The notes under the pieces are model-generated. The model did no database searches and was not told where the DNA came from. It saw only the letters and a program-made list of their open reading frames with translations. A stretch of DNA of 64,000 bases from Halobacteriales archaeon QH_6_64_20 (lineage in GTDB: Archaea > Halobacteriota > Halobacteria > Halobacteriales > Halococcaceae): assembly GCA_003021235.1 (NCBI GenBank), contig PXQR01000102.1, forward strand, positions 2,051 through 66,050. Direction: 5' to 3'. Positions 9,647-17,834 of the stretch are shown here, one piece after another (position 1 is the stretch's first letter; each line of letters begins with the position of its first letter). The position numbers were made by a program, and so were the translations under genes.

Positions 9647-10011
9647 GTGATCCGAGTCCTGGGGACCGAAGCGATGGACGAAGGCGCTATCGAGCGTGCG
9701 AGACGGGAAATCGAGGACATCGCTACCGGGAACGACATCGAGATCGAAGAGATCGTCGTCTATGGCTCGCGAACTCGTGAGGCTACCGTGAGAACAGCGA
9801 CCTCGATGTCGTTCTCGTAAATCCCGACTGGGAGGCCGTCAACTACTACGCCCGTCCCGAACGGTTCAATGTCGGGTGGCCGTACGACGACCCCCATCGA
9901 TCGACACCGTTCCGCTCACCCGCTGAGTTCGAGCGACGTTTAGGTAATGAGTACGACGTCGTTCGAACCGCCGTCGAAACGGGCGTCGCGCTCGAAGCTC
10001 CAGAGGCGTAA
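9647..10011 (+). pseudogene. frameshifted nucleotidyltransferase (MNT/Pol-beta superfamily) gene
   Basis: Frame 1 (GTG 9647 or ATG 9674) reads ...IEEIVVYGSRTRE and stops at 9818-9820. From 9781 another frame continues GYRENSDLDVVLVNPDWE...PAEFERRL...VETGVALEAPEA with a stop at 10009-10011. Joined, they give the GS-X10-DxD motif, so a 1-nt deletion near 9778-9781 is likely. Confidence 0.7.
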
Positions 10012-10115
10012 TTTTCGGCTCGCTGTTCGTCGCGGTCGGTGACTCCTCGCATCCGCGAGCGGTTCCCCGTGACTGAGTGCCGTTAGGCACGAAGGAGCGG
10101 CCTTTTTAGTGCAAG

Positions 10116-10164
10116 GGTCGTTCCCGTTCGCTCCTTGCAGTCGCTCACCTCCCACTCCCTGCTC
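10116..10164 (+). repeat. 49-nt dispersed intergenic repeat, copy 1
   Basis: ggtcgttcccgttcgctccttgcagtcgctcacctcccactccctgctc matches 28587..28635 at 46 of 49 positions, in the same orientation. Confidence 0.8.
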
Positions 10165-10253
10165 TCGTTCGCTCGCTACCGCTCGCTCACGAGAACAGAT
10201 TTTTGAAGGAGTGGTGCGCGAACGTAGTGAGCGTACCCGACGAGAAAAAGGTG

Positions 10254-10458
10254 CTAGGGCAGATTCACGCCGTGGCGGGCGAGAAAGGCGCTTACTTCCT
10301 TGATGACGACCGGGCTCGCGATGATCCGGACGCCCTCGTCGCTCTCGTCGAGCGTGAGGGTAAAACGCGCTTCGAGGTCCTCACGGACGTCTTCGGCCAC
10401 CGCTGGCGGGAGGACGATCTGTGTGCTGTCGCGAAAGGCCGCCGGATCGGATGGCACA
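10254..10458 (-). CDS. possible small acidic protein (about 67 aa, GTG start)
   Basis: This is the C-terminal part of tracked ORF 10254..10913: VPSDPAAFRDSTQIVLPPAVAEDVREDLEARFTLTLDESDEGVRIIASPVVIKEVSAFLARHGVNLP. Third codon positions are strongly G/C, unlike the overlapping plus-strand ORF. Confidence 0.45.
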
Positions 10459-10583
10459 GTTAGTAGTACTTTCCCCGCCGTATGTACGTACCGAAATTTT
10501 CCTGCTGTTCCGCTCCACGATCGGGCGACCGGCCGAGCGCGATCCGAGGGCTTTTTTCGCGCGTGGAGCCCGATACTCGACCG

Positions 10584-11693
10584 ATGGGCCTCGAAGGAGA
10601 GATCGAGGCGATCGAAGAGGAGATCGCCGAGACGCCGTACAACAAATCGACCGAGGCACATATCGGCCGGCTCAAGGCCAAACTCGCCGACAAGAAAGAA
10701 CAGCTGGAAACCCGAACGAGCGCCGGCGGCGGTGGGGGGTATGCGGTCGAGAAGACCGGCGATGCGACCGTTGCGATGGTTGGGGAACCGAGCGTCGGGA
10801 AATCCACCCTGCTCAACGCACTGACCAACGCCGACAGCGAGGTCGCCGACTACGAGTTTACGACGCTCGACGTGAACCCGGGCATGCTCCAATACAAGGG
10901 TGCGAACATCCAACTGCTCGACATCCCCGGACTCATCGCCGGCGCGGCCGCGGGTCGGGGTCGCGGACGGGAGGTCCTCTCGGTGGTCAGAACCGCCGAT
11001 CTCGTTCTGTTCGTGCTCTCAGCGTTCGAGATCGGTGCGTACGAGCAGTTACGAGCCGATCTGTACGACAACGACGTCCGTCCCGACGGCTCGAAGCCGA
11101 ACATGACGATCGCCGAGACCGGCCGCGGCGGCATCTCGGTGACGTCGAGCGCCGACCTCGACGTCGACGAAGGGACCGTCCGGGAAGTCCTCCGGGAACA
11201 CGGCTACGTCAACGCCGACGTCACGATCCGTGAGCCGCTCGATGTCGACCGGCTGATCGACGGCACCATGGACAACCGGGTCTATCTCCCCTCGCTCGTC
11301 GCGGTGAACAAAGGGGACCTGATCGACCGCGAGTACTTAGGAACCGTTCACGAGAACCTGCGCGATGTCGGGATCGATCCCGACGAAGTGGTTGTGATCA
11401 GCGCCGAAGCCGAGAAGGGCCTCGACGCGCTAAGGGAACGGATCTGGGCGGACCTCGACCTCATCCGGGTCTACATGGAAAAGCCCGGCCGGGGCGTCGA
11501 TTACGAGGAGCCGCTCGTTCTCCGGGCGGGCGAGACGATCGGGGACGCCTGCGAGAAATTAGGGGGTCGCTTTCGCGAGCGCTTCCAGTTCGCCCGAGTA
11601 ACTGGAGCCTCCGCGAAACACGACGGCCAACAGGTAGGGAGGGACCACGAACTCGCCGACGAGGACGTCCTCCGGATCACCCTCCGTCGGTAG
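10584..11693 (+). CDS. OBG/DRG-family GTPase with C-terminal TGS domain
   Basis: From ATG 10584 (MGLEGEIEAIEEEI...). G1 motif GEPSVGKSTLLNALT and G3 motif DIPGLI, followed by a C-terminal TGS-like region. Confidence 0.9.
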   Translation: MGLEGEIEAIEEEIAETPYNKSTEAHIGRLKAKLADKKEQLETRTSAGGGGGYAVEKTGDATVAMVGEPSVGKSTLLNALTNADSEVADYEFTTLDVNPGMLQYKGANIQLLDIPGLIAGAAAGRGRGREVLSVVRTADLVLFVLSAFEIGAYEQLRADLYDNDVRPDGSKPNMTIAETGRGGISVTSSADLDVDEGTVREVLREHGYVNADVTIREPLDVDRLIDGTMDNRVYLPSLVAVNKGDLIDREYLGTVHENLRDVGIDPDEVVVISAEAEKGLDALRERIWADLDLIRVYMEKPGRGVDYEEPLVLRAGETIGDACEKLGGRFRERFQFARVTGASAKHDGQQVGRDHELADEDVLRITLRR

Positions 11694-11830
11694 CTCCCGA
11701 TCGTCCCCACCGCGGTTCATGGCGACTCGCGACTGCCGACGATCGCTCACGATCGTCCACACGGTCCGTGATCGTTCCGGATCGCTCGCAACTGCGCACG
11801 ACTACCGCCGACCACCGACGATTCACACCA

Positions 11831-12286
11831 ATGGTTTACGGAACACCGGTTCGGCGACTACTCGCGGTGGTCCTCGTCGGGGCGATACCCTGGACGGTGC
11901 TTGCCCTCGGCGGGGAGTACACGCTCGTCTTTGGGTTCGGACTGTTCAACACGAACCCACCTCAGCTCGTGACGATCTACGAGTACCTGTTTCGTTTCAC
12001 CGCCGGGCCGGCTACCCTGCCCGATTATTTGCTCGCCTGGCCGACGAGCTTGCTTCTCTACTGTGGCGCGCTTGCGAGCGCTCTCGGAGGTGTATTCGGC
12101 TTCGAGGACCGCCGGGTGACCGCCGGACTGCTGGTGTTCGCCGGTTTCACGCAGGTCTCGGTCGCGCTCGGGCTCTCGCGGGCCCTCGGTCGCCTCGCGA
12201 TCCCGCTCGGAACGGGCGTATTGTGGGTCGTCGCCTGGTGGTTCTACTGGCCCGACCTCCGAGGAACGGTTCTCGCCTCCGAGTGA
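11831..12286 (+). CDS. small membrane protein, unknown function
   Basis: From ATG 11831 (MVYGTPVRRLLAVVLVGAIPW...). Four hydrophobic segments. Confidence 0.6.
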   Translation: MVYGTPVRRLLAVVLVGAIPWTVLALGGEYTLVFGFGLFNTNPPQLVTIYEYLFRFTAGPATLPDYLLAWPTSLLLYCGALASALGGVFGFEDRRVTAGLLVFAGFTQVSVALGLSRALGRLAIPLGTGVLWVVAWWFYWPDLRGTVLASE

Positions 12287-12395
12287 CAAACGCTCGTCGA
12301 TCGCCGATAGCGGAGGATACGTGCGGGCGAACGCCGCCTTTCGTACGTACGTCCGTCGAAAGTAGGTTTTTATCGAGACGATCGTACACGAAATC

Positions 12396-12614
12396 GTGAA
12401 GCAGATCGCACGCGCGCTGAGCGCGTTCCGGGCTACGCCCTCTCCGGCTACGGGGGTATACGTGTTGCTCGCGCTTTCGGGCCGGCGCGGGTTCCGAGCC
12501 GCGGGACGACTCCGGCGTCGCGTCGTCGACGCGCTGGCGTCGTTTGATTCGGCGTCCGATCCCGGTTTCGAGTTCGGGTCCGAGTCCGAAGCCGAAACCG
12601 TCGCCGCGCGGTGA
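12396..12614 (+). CDS. possible small leaderless ORF (72 aa, GTG start)
   Basis: A strong TATA-like GTTTTTATCG sits about 26 nt upstream of the GTG. Third-position G/C content is fairly high. No family recognised. Confidence 0.3.
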   Translation: MKQIARALSAFRATPSPATGVYVLLALSGRRGFRAAGRLRRRVVDALASFDSASDPGFEFGSESEAETVAAR

Positions 12615-12812
12615 ACCCGTCGCGCGACCGACCCCTGGGCTTCCCGACCTCTACCGGTGGCGCGCTCGCATCCGAGACGCTTCTCGCGTCCGCTCGATTC
12701 GGGTTCGATCGACGCCGATTCGATTCGAACACCGACCGTCGTCCCGACCGCACCGCGCGATTTCGACCCCGATCCCGGTACGTTTTTGACTCGGACCCGC
12801 GTCAGCCGAGTC

Positions 12813-13580
12813 ATGGATGCCGTACTCGATCACACGATGATGCGCGTCGAGGACCTGGAGACTTCGATCGACTGGTACACCTCCCATCTCGACTACGAGG
12901 AGAAGGGCCGAGCGGAGGCCGATACCTTCACGAACGTCTTCTTGGGGCCCGAGAGCGTCCACGATCAGGGCGCCCTGCTCGAACTCACCTACAACCACGA
13001 CGGCCGGACCTACGAGATGGGCGACGCGTGGGGCCACATCGCCGTGCGAGTGGGCGAAGACGAACTCCAGTCGGCGTACGACGAATTGATCGAGGGCGGC
13101 GTCGACGATTATCGCGATCCCGAAAGTTGCGATTACAACTACGCGTTCGTCAAGGATCCCGACGGGCACGAGATCGAGATCGTCAAGCGAAACTACGGCG
13201 AGCGCTGGAGCCTCGATCACACGATGACCCGCGTTGAGGACGCCGACGAGACGATCGGCTTCTGGACGCGGAAGTTCGAGTACGAGACCCAACCCGAGGG
13301 CAAGTGGGAGGCCGAAACCTTTGCGAACTACTTCGTCGCGCCCCGCGATAGTCCACGAGAAGCGATGAGCATGGAACTGACCTACAACTACGGGGACAAC
13401 ACCTACGAGATGGGCGACGCCTGGGGCCACGTCGCGGTTCGGGCCGACGACCTGCACGAGGCCTGGGACACGCTCATGACCCGCGGGGCAGAGGACTATC
13501 GCGATCCCGAGAGCTGTGACAACCAGTACGCCTTCACGAAGGACCCCGACGGCCACGAGATCGAGATCGTCCGCCGGTAA
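12813..13580 (+). CDS. tandem-duplicated VOC/glyoxalase I family protein
   Basis: From ATG 12813. The two halves of about 125 aa are clearly homologous (YEMGDAWGH[IV]AVR ... DYRDPESCD..YAF.KDPDGHEIEIV[KR]R in both). Confidence 0.85.
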   Translation: MDAVLDHTMMRVEDLETSIDWYTSHLDYEEKGRAEADTFTNVFLGPESVHDQGALLELTYNHDGRTYEMGDAWGHIAVRVGEDELQSAYDELIEGGVDDYRDPESCDYNYAFVKDPDGHEIEIVKRNYGERWSLDHTMTRVEDADETIGFWTRKFEYETQPEGKWEAETFANYFVAPRDSPREAMSMELTYNYGDNTYEMGDAWGHVAVRADDLHEAWDTLMTRGAEDYRDPESCDNQYAFTKDPDGHEIEIVRR

Positions 13581-13660
13581 AAACCAGGTACCACAACCCG
13601 GACTCGGAACTCGAACACCCGTTCGTAGGATTCGCTGTCTTCTTTGCTGTTGTACTGTCT

Positions 13661-13724
13661 ATCGTAAGTCTTTGTGCAACCGGGGCCAGATAGTGTATGA
13701 GAACTTCTCGCCGACAGTATAGCC
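13661..13724 (+). repeat. MITE-like / structured repeat, copy 1
   Basis: tgtactgtctatcgtaagtctttgtgcaaccggggccagatagtgtatgagaacttctcgccgacagtatagcc aligns with 15751..15826 with about 7 differences over about 64 nt. It lies between convergent genes. Confidence 0.8.
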
Positions 13725-13729
13725 CTTTC

Positions 13730-14491
13730 TCAGCCGGTTTCGTCGTTCGATCCACCCGTCCTGATCCGTCGCTCGGCGGCGTTTAGACACGCCTCGCGGT
13801 CGAAGTTCTCGATAATCTCCTCGGACTCGGCACGGGAGATGTCCGTTAGTTCCCGGGCGTGAGTAGTGACGTTCGGGATCGCCCGGAGGGCGTTGTCGAT
13901 CACCGGGACCTGGGCATGCCGCGCTGACCGGGAGAAGGGGTTGAGGTCGATCACGATCTCGGTTTTGCCCATCGCGGCCAGCGCCTCGGCGCGATCGCCG
14001 TCCTCGATCGGGACGAGTACGACGTCGGCGGCGTATATCCCCTCGGCGTCGACCTTCCCCCGTTCGCTCGACAGTCCCGGGATCCGCTCGGTCGGGTCGA
14101 GCCCCAAGACCTCCTCGGCACCGTGCTCGCGCAGGTGGGATGCGATGGCCTCGACGCGTTCTGCAGTCCGGTCGAACAGGTTCACTTCGAGTTTCGCCTC
14201 CGTGACCGACGCGAGTTCGATCAGTTCGTCGGGGACCAGCGCGGCGGCGTTGCCGTTTACCGACAGTACCGGGCGATCGGCCCGGAGGAGGTGGGCCGCC
14301 GCGACGCGTTCGGCACGCGCGGCACTGTCGATCGTTCCCTCGCCGAGCAAGTAATCAAAGGCCTCGCCGCGGCCCTCCGCGATCAGCCCCTGAAGGCTCG
14401 TGATCCCCTTCTCGACGCCGTCTTCGATCCGGTGGCGCGTCACCAACGACTCGTAGCGCGGGTGATCCGGCGGGATGTCGATCTCGCTCAT
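13730..14491 (-). CDS. 4-phosphopantoate--beta-alanine ligase (archaeal phosphopantothenate synthetase)
   Basis: 253-aa ORF with MSEIDIPPDHPRYESLVTRHRIEDGV...GLIAEGRGEAFDYLLGE...VNGNAAALVP, matching my memory of the archaeal PPS (COG1701) family. Confidence 0.8.
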   Translation of the reverse strand: MSEIDIPPDHPRYESLVTRHRIEDGVEKGITSLQGLIAEGRGEAFDYLLGEGTIDSAARAERVAAAHLLRADRPVLSVNGNAAALVPDELIELASVTEAKLEVNLFDRTAERVEAIASHLREHGAEEVLGLDPTERIPGLSSERGKVDAEGIYAADVVLVPIEDGDRAEALAAMGKTEIVIDLNPFSRSARHAQVPVIDNALRAIPNVTTHARELTDISRAESEEIIENFDREACLNAAERRIRTGGSNDETG

Positions 14492-14614
14492 ATTGTTCGT
14501 GGCCTCCCTCGGACGGGCGCGGGTATCAGTACCGTGGTCGGGCTTCTCGCCCGAACGTAGCTCATCGATCGTCCGTTGTGAACGCCCGAGCTACGTTCAA
14601 GTACCCAAACTGGT

Positions 14615-15664
14615 ATGTCGGACCTGCAGGTGCGCGCCGAAACGCCTCACGGTCGGCCCCCGATATCGGAGTACGATCACGGAGTTCCTATGAACACGCC
14701 ACCGGCCGATCGACGCGACGAGTCAGCACCGACCGACGAGGGGAAGGCAAACGTCAAAGGTAACCCCGATACGAGCAGGAACATGGACACGAATACGGAC
14801 GGGGGCACGGGCGGCAACGTCGAATCCGAAGCGGCCGCGGGATCGATCGAGGCCGACGCCGACGCGACGTCTACCTCCGCGGAGACGATCCTCGCCCGGA
14901 CGATCGAGGAGGGACTCGCCGAACTCGAACGTCCCTCGGACGGACTCTTCCTTTCGGCGCTTACGGCCGGGTTCGAACTTGGGACCGGACTCTTTTTCAT
15001 GGCGATCGTCTGGACGTTTACTACCGGCGTCTACGCCGAGCCGACCCGGGAGTTCGTCGTCGCCCTCGCGTACGCGAGCGGCTACGTCTTCGTCGTGCTC
15101 GGCCGCACCGAACTGTTTACCGAACACACCACTCTCGCCGTGCTCCCGGTGCTCGACGGACGGGCTTCGTTCGGCGAACTCGGGCGGTTGTGGGGTCTCG
15201 TCTACCTGGGGAACATCGTCGCCACGACCGTCTTTGCGGCTGTCGCCGTTGCGCTCGGGCCGGCACTCGGCGTCGTGAAACCCGCGGCGTTCGCCGGGAT
15301 CGCGAAGCTCGTGACCGCCCATTCTCCGGCGGTATTGTTCGCCGGCGCGGTGTTCGTCGGCTGGCTCATGGGGCTGCTCGCCTGGCTCGTCGAAGGTGCG
15401 GAAAACGACGGCGCTCGGGCCTTCGTCGTGATCCTGATCACCTTCGGCATCGGGATCGCCCATCTTCCCCATCCGATCGCCGGCAACCTCAAAGCGCTCA
15501 TGGGACTGTTCGCCGGGACCGGCGTCTCGCTTGCCTTCTATGGCACCTTCCTCGTGACCACGCTCTGTGGCAGTGCCGTCGGCGGCGCGGTCTTCGTTGC
15601 CCTCCTCAAATACGGCCACGTCGTGCGCGGCCAGGACGATCGCGACGTTACCGCTCGCTTCTGA
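14615..15664 (+). CDS. formate/nitrite transporter (FNT) family protein, intact copy
   Basis: Six-TM core with ...VLGRTELFTEHTTLAVLP... and ...IAHLPHPIAGN.... It has an acidic N-terminal extension. ATG 14690 is an alternative start. Confidence 0.85.
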   Translation: MSDLQVRAETPHGRPPISEYDHGVPMNTPPADRRDESAPTDEGKANVKGNPDTSRNMDTNTDGGTGGNVESEAAAGSIEADADATSTSAETILARTIEEGLAELERPSDGLFLSALTAGFELGTGLFFMAIVWTFTTGVYAEPTREFVVALAYASGYVFVVLGRTELFTEHTTLAVLPVLDGRASFGELGRLWGLVYLGNIVATTVFAAVAVALGPALGVVKPAAFAGIAKLVTAHSPAVLFAGAVFVGWLMGLLAWLVEGAENDGARAFVVILITFGIGIAHLPHPIAGNLKALMGLFAGTGVSLAFYGTFLVTTLCGSAVGGAVFVALLKYGHVVRGQDDRDVTARF

Positions 15665-15750
15665 TCTCGACGGGCGATCGACGACCATCGGGACGGCTGT
15701 CAGCGCATATCAGTTAGCGCACGCCGGCCGGCGTATGTCAGCCAATGCAT

Positions 15751-15826
15751 GCTATACTGTCTGTCGTAAGTCTTTGTGCAACCGGGGACAGATAGTGCAT
15801 AAGAACTTCTCGCTAACAGTATAGCC
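15751..15826 (+). repeat. MITE-like / structured repeat, copy 2
   Basis: Perfect 10-bp terminal inverted repeat GCTATACTGT ... ACAGTATAGC, plus an internal third copy of the motif (GACAGATAG). Same orientation as copy 1. Confidence 0.8.
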
Positions 15827-15937
15827 AATACGGATCGGTTCACGTCTTCCGGCGGTCGTTTGCGGGTACGAAAGCCGTTTTGCCCCTTTATCTCGTAAGG
15901 AGAACATGAAATCGAACCCGTTAGCGGGCACCCCGTC

Positions 15938-16800
15938 ATGAGCACCGAGTCGAGCGATCCGACCAAACCCCCCCCCAAGCCTTACGAGGACATCCTCAGC
16001 TAGCAGATCGAGTCGGCGATGACCGAGTTCGAGCGTTCGACTGAAGGGCTGTTCCTCTCGGCGCTGTCGGCCGGCCTCGACCTCGGGTTCGGTCCGTTGT
16101 TATCGCCGCGATGCTCACGCTCGTCAGCGGCGTGTACAGCGAGCCGCTCACCGAGATCCTCGCGGCGAACACGTACACCGTAGGCTTCGTTTTCGTCGTG
16201 CTCGGCCGAACCGAACTGTCTACCGAACACACCACCCTCGCCGTGCTCCCGGTGCTCGATCGACGGGCTTCGCCGATCGAACTCGGGCGGCTCTGGGGGC
16301 TCGTCCTCGGCGGGAACCTCGTCGGCGGCGTGATCTTCGCCGTGGTGATGGTCACGGTCGGCCCGGCCTTCGGCATCTTCGAAGTAAGGACGCTCGCCGC
16401 GATCGCGGGCCCGTACGTTACGCACAGTTCGGGAGCGCTGTTAGGTGGGGCACTCCTGGCGGGATGATTAATGGGGCTTCTGTCCTGGCTCGTGCTCGCC
16501 GCCCGCGATACGATCAGCCGGGTGTTTTTCGTCTGGCTCGTCGCGTTCGTGATCGGCCTCGGACACCTGCCGCACATCATCGCCGGCAACATCGAGATGC
16601 TCGCCGCGCTGTTGGCGACCCCGACGGTGACGCCGATAGCGTACGCCTAGTACCTCCTGATCGCAACAGTAGGTAACACCATCGGCGGAACGGTGTTCGT
16701 CGCCCTGCTCAAATACGGCCACATCGTCCGCGAGAGCGACGGTGCCAACACGTCGATCGGCCGGGACGACTCGGAGCCCGAAGGCCAAGCGGAGCCCTGA
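15938..16800 (+). pseudogene. FNT paralog pseudogene (full length, 3 nonsense codons plus 1 frameshift)
   Basis: Colinear with the intact copy. In-frame TAG 16001-16003 aligns with Arg, a 1-nt deletion lies near 16097-16102, TGA 16465-16467 aligns with Trp (TGG), and there is a second TAG at 16648-16650. The natural stop is 16798-16800. Confidence 0.85.
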
Positions 16801-16838
16801 GACGTATCCGCGCTTCGCATCGGTGACCGGGATCGACC

Positions 16839-17672
16839 TCAGTCGTCGGCCATCGTGGTACGACCGGTCGTCGCGCCGCTACGCGTCGATTCGGGCTCGT
16901 TGGCCAGGAATCGAACCAACAGGAACGCGAAGACGAACTTCGCGCCCACGTCGAGCAGGCTGTAGAGCCACGAGGTGATCGCGAGGCCCGTTACACCGCT
17001 CCCGAACAGTACTAATCCCTCGGAGCCGAGCGCCCATACCACCGGATACCCGACCCAGAGTACGATCGTCAGCGTTCGGAGCGTGTCGAACAGCCCTTGA
17101 ACGTCACTGCTCTGTTCGGCTGCGTCCTGGGGCCATTCGACGAGGAGAACGTAGAGCACGACGACGAAAAACGCCGAGCTAAGCAGGAACCAGAACCACC
17201 GCATCCAGACTGCTCGGGTGGTAAACACGGCCGCGAGCCCCGTAACGCACATCAGGACGTCGAAGACGATCGCCGTCCCGATCTTCGTCGGGCTCGATCC
17301 GGCAAGCAATCCCAACGCAAGCAGGATCAGCGGTGTCGAGAAGGTCCAGGTGAGATACCGACCCCACAGCGTAACGACGTCACCCCGGCCGGCGACGTCG
17401 AACACACCGATCGTAAGCCCGCTCGCGAGCCCGAAGTAACTCGAAATCGAGACCGCCGGAATACCGATCGTGGCGACGAGCATCAGTCGTACCCGCGAAT
17501 CCTCGACGTCCCGACCCATGTAGACGAACGCCACGAGCGCGACGCCCATGAGCGCAATCATGACCCACAGCGAACTCGAAAGCAGTGGGTTCGACAGTGC
17601 CTCTCGTACCGGCGGTTCTAATTGCAGGGGAGCAGTGGCGATCGCTCCAGCCAGCGAATGTAGTACGTTCAT
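16839..17672 (-). CDS. hop: halorhodopsin (light-driven chloride pump)
   Basis: 277 aa from ATG 17672. Helix C RYLTWTFSTPLILLALGLLAG gives T/S/A at the BR D85/T89/D96 positions. The retinal Lys is in DVGAKFVFAFLL. LLVEWPQDA and WVGYPVVWALG resemble Natronomonas HR as I remember it. Confidence 0.92.
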   Translation of the reverse strand: MNVLHSLAGAIATAPLQLEPPVREALSNPLLSSSLWVMIALMGVALVAFVYMGRDVEDSRVRLMLVATIGIPAVSISSYFGLASGLTIGVFDVAGRGDVVTLWGRYLTWTFSTPLILLALGLLAGSSPTKIGTAIVFDVLMCVTGLAAVFTTRAVWMRWFWFLLSSAFFVVVLYVLLVEWPQDAAEQSSDVQGLFDTLRTLTIVLWVGYPVVWALGSEGLVLFGSGVTGLAITSWLYSLLDVGAKFVFAFLLVRFLANEPESTRSGATTGRTTMADD

Positions 17673-17700
17673 TCGTGTCCCGTTCCTAACGTCGAAAGGG

Positions 17701-17710
17701 TATGAATATA
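17701..17710 (-). promoter_or_regulatory. TATA-like box upstream of hop (TATATTCATA on minus strand)
   Basis: AT-rich decamer centred about 33 nt upstream of the hop ATG. Confidence 0.4.
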
Positions 17711-17834
17711 CCGCCTGTGGCATGTGACCCGCGTTCGGACACGCCGAGAAGGGCATCGGACGGTTCGACCGTGGCGACCGATGTCGCCCCTACGTCGTCT
17801 TACAGGTCCGCGTCGTTCGCTCCTGTCGCCTGGC

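Noticed and set aside
10203-10463. Plus-strand 86-aa ORF MKEWCANVV...
   Set aside because: The opposite strand in the same interval has the G/C-rich third positions and acidic composition expected of a real haloarchaeal gene. The plus-strand frame is probably its shadow.
12691-12710. gggttcgatc within the 20-nt repeat resembles a tRNA T-arm, so possibly a tRNA fragment or att site
   Set aside because: No complementary T-stem, acceptor stem or anticodon arm can be drawn at either copy. No integrase or tRNA gene is nearby.
15938-16800. In-frame TAG/TGA codons in the second FNT copy as possible recoding (pyrrolysine or selenocysteine)
   Set aside because: Two different stop types plus a frameshift occur in the same gene. 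One TGA aligns with an ordinary Trp codon of the intact paralog next door, and Pyl/Sec machinery is not known in haloarchaea. Pseudogene is the simpler reading.
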